From positions 2,046,001-2,110,000 of the forward strand of contig CP110439.1 in NCBI GenBank assembly GCA_026914245.1: 64,000 nucleotides of DNA, given 5' to 3'. Position numbers and translations under genes: made by a program. The stretch is from Puccinia triticina. Taxonomy: Eukaryota. Positions 63,401-64,000 of the stretch are shown here, piece by piece (position 1 is the stretch's first letter; every line of letters starts with the position of its first letter). The notes beneath the pieces were generated by a model. That model was not told the DNA's origin and made no database searches. It saw only the letters and a program-made list of their open reading frames with translations.

Positions 63401-64000
63401 CCACGCTGCAAGGTGCTTCCGAGGGTAAGGGTACTGTTTTTTGTTTACAATAGCCGCCGGATCCGTCAGGATTATCTTGTGGCGGACTTTTGAGCTAGAG
63501 TCCTGGATCTTCTTTGGGAAAGCGCCGACTGTGAAGAGTCCGGCTTCCTCAGCTTCATCGGAGACCGCGGGAATGTCTGCGGGGAACAAATCTGCGAATT
63601 CGGTAAGGACCACGGCTTCAGAGGATTCGCAGGGGTAGGAGTCCACATCCGTTGTGGAGGCTACACCAACCGCGTTGCCCAGCCGATGGTCGAAGATTTC
63701 TAGGTCGTGTGACTCGAGGACGATACAGCGGTCCCTGATTGACACGAGGAGGCCAAAGCGGTACAAGAAGGGGGTGCCGAGTATGACCTCGTAATCCCCC
63801 AGGACGGGACCAATCCGTAGAGAGACGTCTGGGAAGTCGTGGCTAGATGTCGGGTCTGTCAGCGTGCCCACCACGTAATGGGATAGGGTCACAGCTTGGC
63901 TTGAGTCTGATTTCAAGGCCAGTTGCACGCGGGTAGGAGTGAGAAGCGGGATGCAGGGCAATCCGGTTGATTTAGCGGCGACCGCCGAGATAAGGTTGAG
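60439..64000 (-). mobile_element. Ty3/Gypsy element F, 3' part; continues beyond the window
   Basis: 3' LTR at 60439-60785 (TG...CA, internal 34-bp duplication), PPT at 60786-60798, and a pol ORF. Confidence 0.9.
60686..64000 (-). CDS. Gypsy F pol (protease end, RT, RNase H, integrase), open and 5'-partial
   Basis: VILGTPF, DYRKLN, MPMGLTNAP, YLDD, TDAS, SDRD and GPY. No chromodomain is evident. The ORF runs through the PPT into the LTR. Confidence 0.95.
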   Translation of the reverse strand, partial: LNLISAVAAKSTGLPCIPLLTPTRVQLALKSDSSQAVTLSHYVVGTLTDPTSSHDFPDVSLRIGPVLGDYEVILGTPFLYRFGLLVSIRDRCIVLESHDLEIFDHRLGNAVGVASTTDVDSYPCESSEAVVLTEFADLFPADIPAVSDEAEEAGLFTVGAFPKKIQDSSSKVRHKIILTDPAAIVNKKQYPYPRKHLAAWKTLLYQHLNAGRIRRSTSQYASPSLIIPKKDPTALPRWVCDYRKLNSITVRDRSPLPNVDELVRMVASGKVFSILDQTNAFFQTRMREEDIPLTAVKTPWGLMEWVVMPMGLTNAPATHQARLEEALGDLLNDICVVYLDDIVVFSDCFETHEKHLRMVLDRLRAGNLYCSPKKTQLFRKEIKFLGHWISADGIKPDDSKVEAIQKWPSPKSAKGVKRFLGTVQWMKKFIWGLQKYVGTLTPLTSSKLDQKNFRWGEAEEAAFQNIKRIMTSLPALKNVDFDSDDPLWIFTDASGLGLGAALFQGAEWKHASPIAYESRQMTSAEQNYPVHEQELLAVVHALQKWKMLLLGMKINVMTDHHSLVHLLRQRNLSRRQARWTELLANFDLHFEYIRGEDNTVADALSRKDIPEGDSNITPSDIACVASLTEMGSTLSEELRRQIMIGYTTDQFCISAREVLPLRDDCVEVEGLLFIDGRLLIPSVGTIRKSLIREAHDRLGHLGHQKTLDELRLDFFWPRMATDVAEFTAACEVCQRTKAPTTAPTGKMLTPAVPRLPLSDLAIDFVGPLKQSGNHDMILTCTCRLSGFTRIIPALQTDSAEKTASRFFSGWIATFGAPRTILSDRDKAWTSKFWKSLMEKLNIKFHMTSAFHPQADGRSERTNKTVGQILRTTTSKRQGRWLEAIPSVEYAINSATNAATGKSPFELVFGRPGRLFPSTASSVSAGCPSSLDAWLRLREGSWADARDALWTSRVKQAVHHNRSQKDRPPLQPGTLAFLDSADWRGRHQGGTDKLKERYEGPYRVVKSTNHGQNVELLLPPGDRRHPVFHISKVKPLVTSSNPPDATALPQASELDDPAPTSDPPSPSFIGGENVSPPPASSQEQSQRNHGSTCSRILRPRPAAPS

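Overview
This is a eukaryotic, transposon-dominated window. The short GT-AG introns, the element families and the protein motifs point to a rust fungus (Pucciniales, probably Puccinia); that assignment is inference. The only clearly recognisable host gene is the 3' part of a chitin synthase (minus strand, 7 exons, 17743-19015). Its upstream intron holds a nested stack that runs off the right end of the window. A Copia element (from 19242) is interrupted by a chromodomain Gypsy (20018-38964), which itself carries a gag-only LTR element with a spliced antisense gene (22496-30688) and an intact Copia (30983-35971). The first Copia is also cut at 40690 by a Helitron of at least 19.7 kb with an apparently intact 4-exon Rep/helicase gene. 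That Helitron contains a palindromic CACC/CMC element, a non-coding LTR element and a further Gypsy. The left 17 kb holds a repeat-protein pseudogene, a PIF/Harbinger element with two Myb/SANT-like accessory ORFs, a decayed GCM-type zinc finger + Mutator-like DDE + USP-like peptidase gene, MITEs and two more Helitron-type 3' ends. The most notable signals are the transposase-peptidase fusion with motif-laden introns, a Copia PBS complementary to the 5' half of tRNA-Lys(CUU), a self-priming signature, the antisense spliced cargo gene and a recurrent TCG>TTG mutation pattern. Boundaries were read by eye, and no searches or alignments were run.
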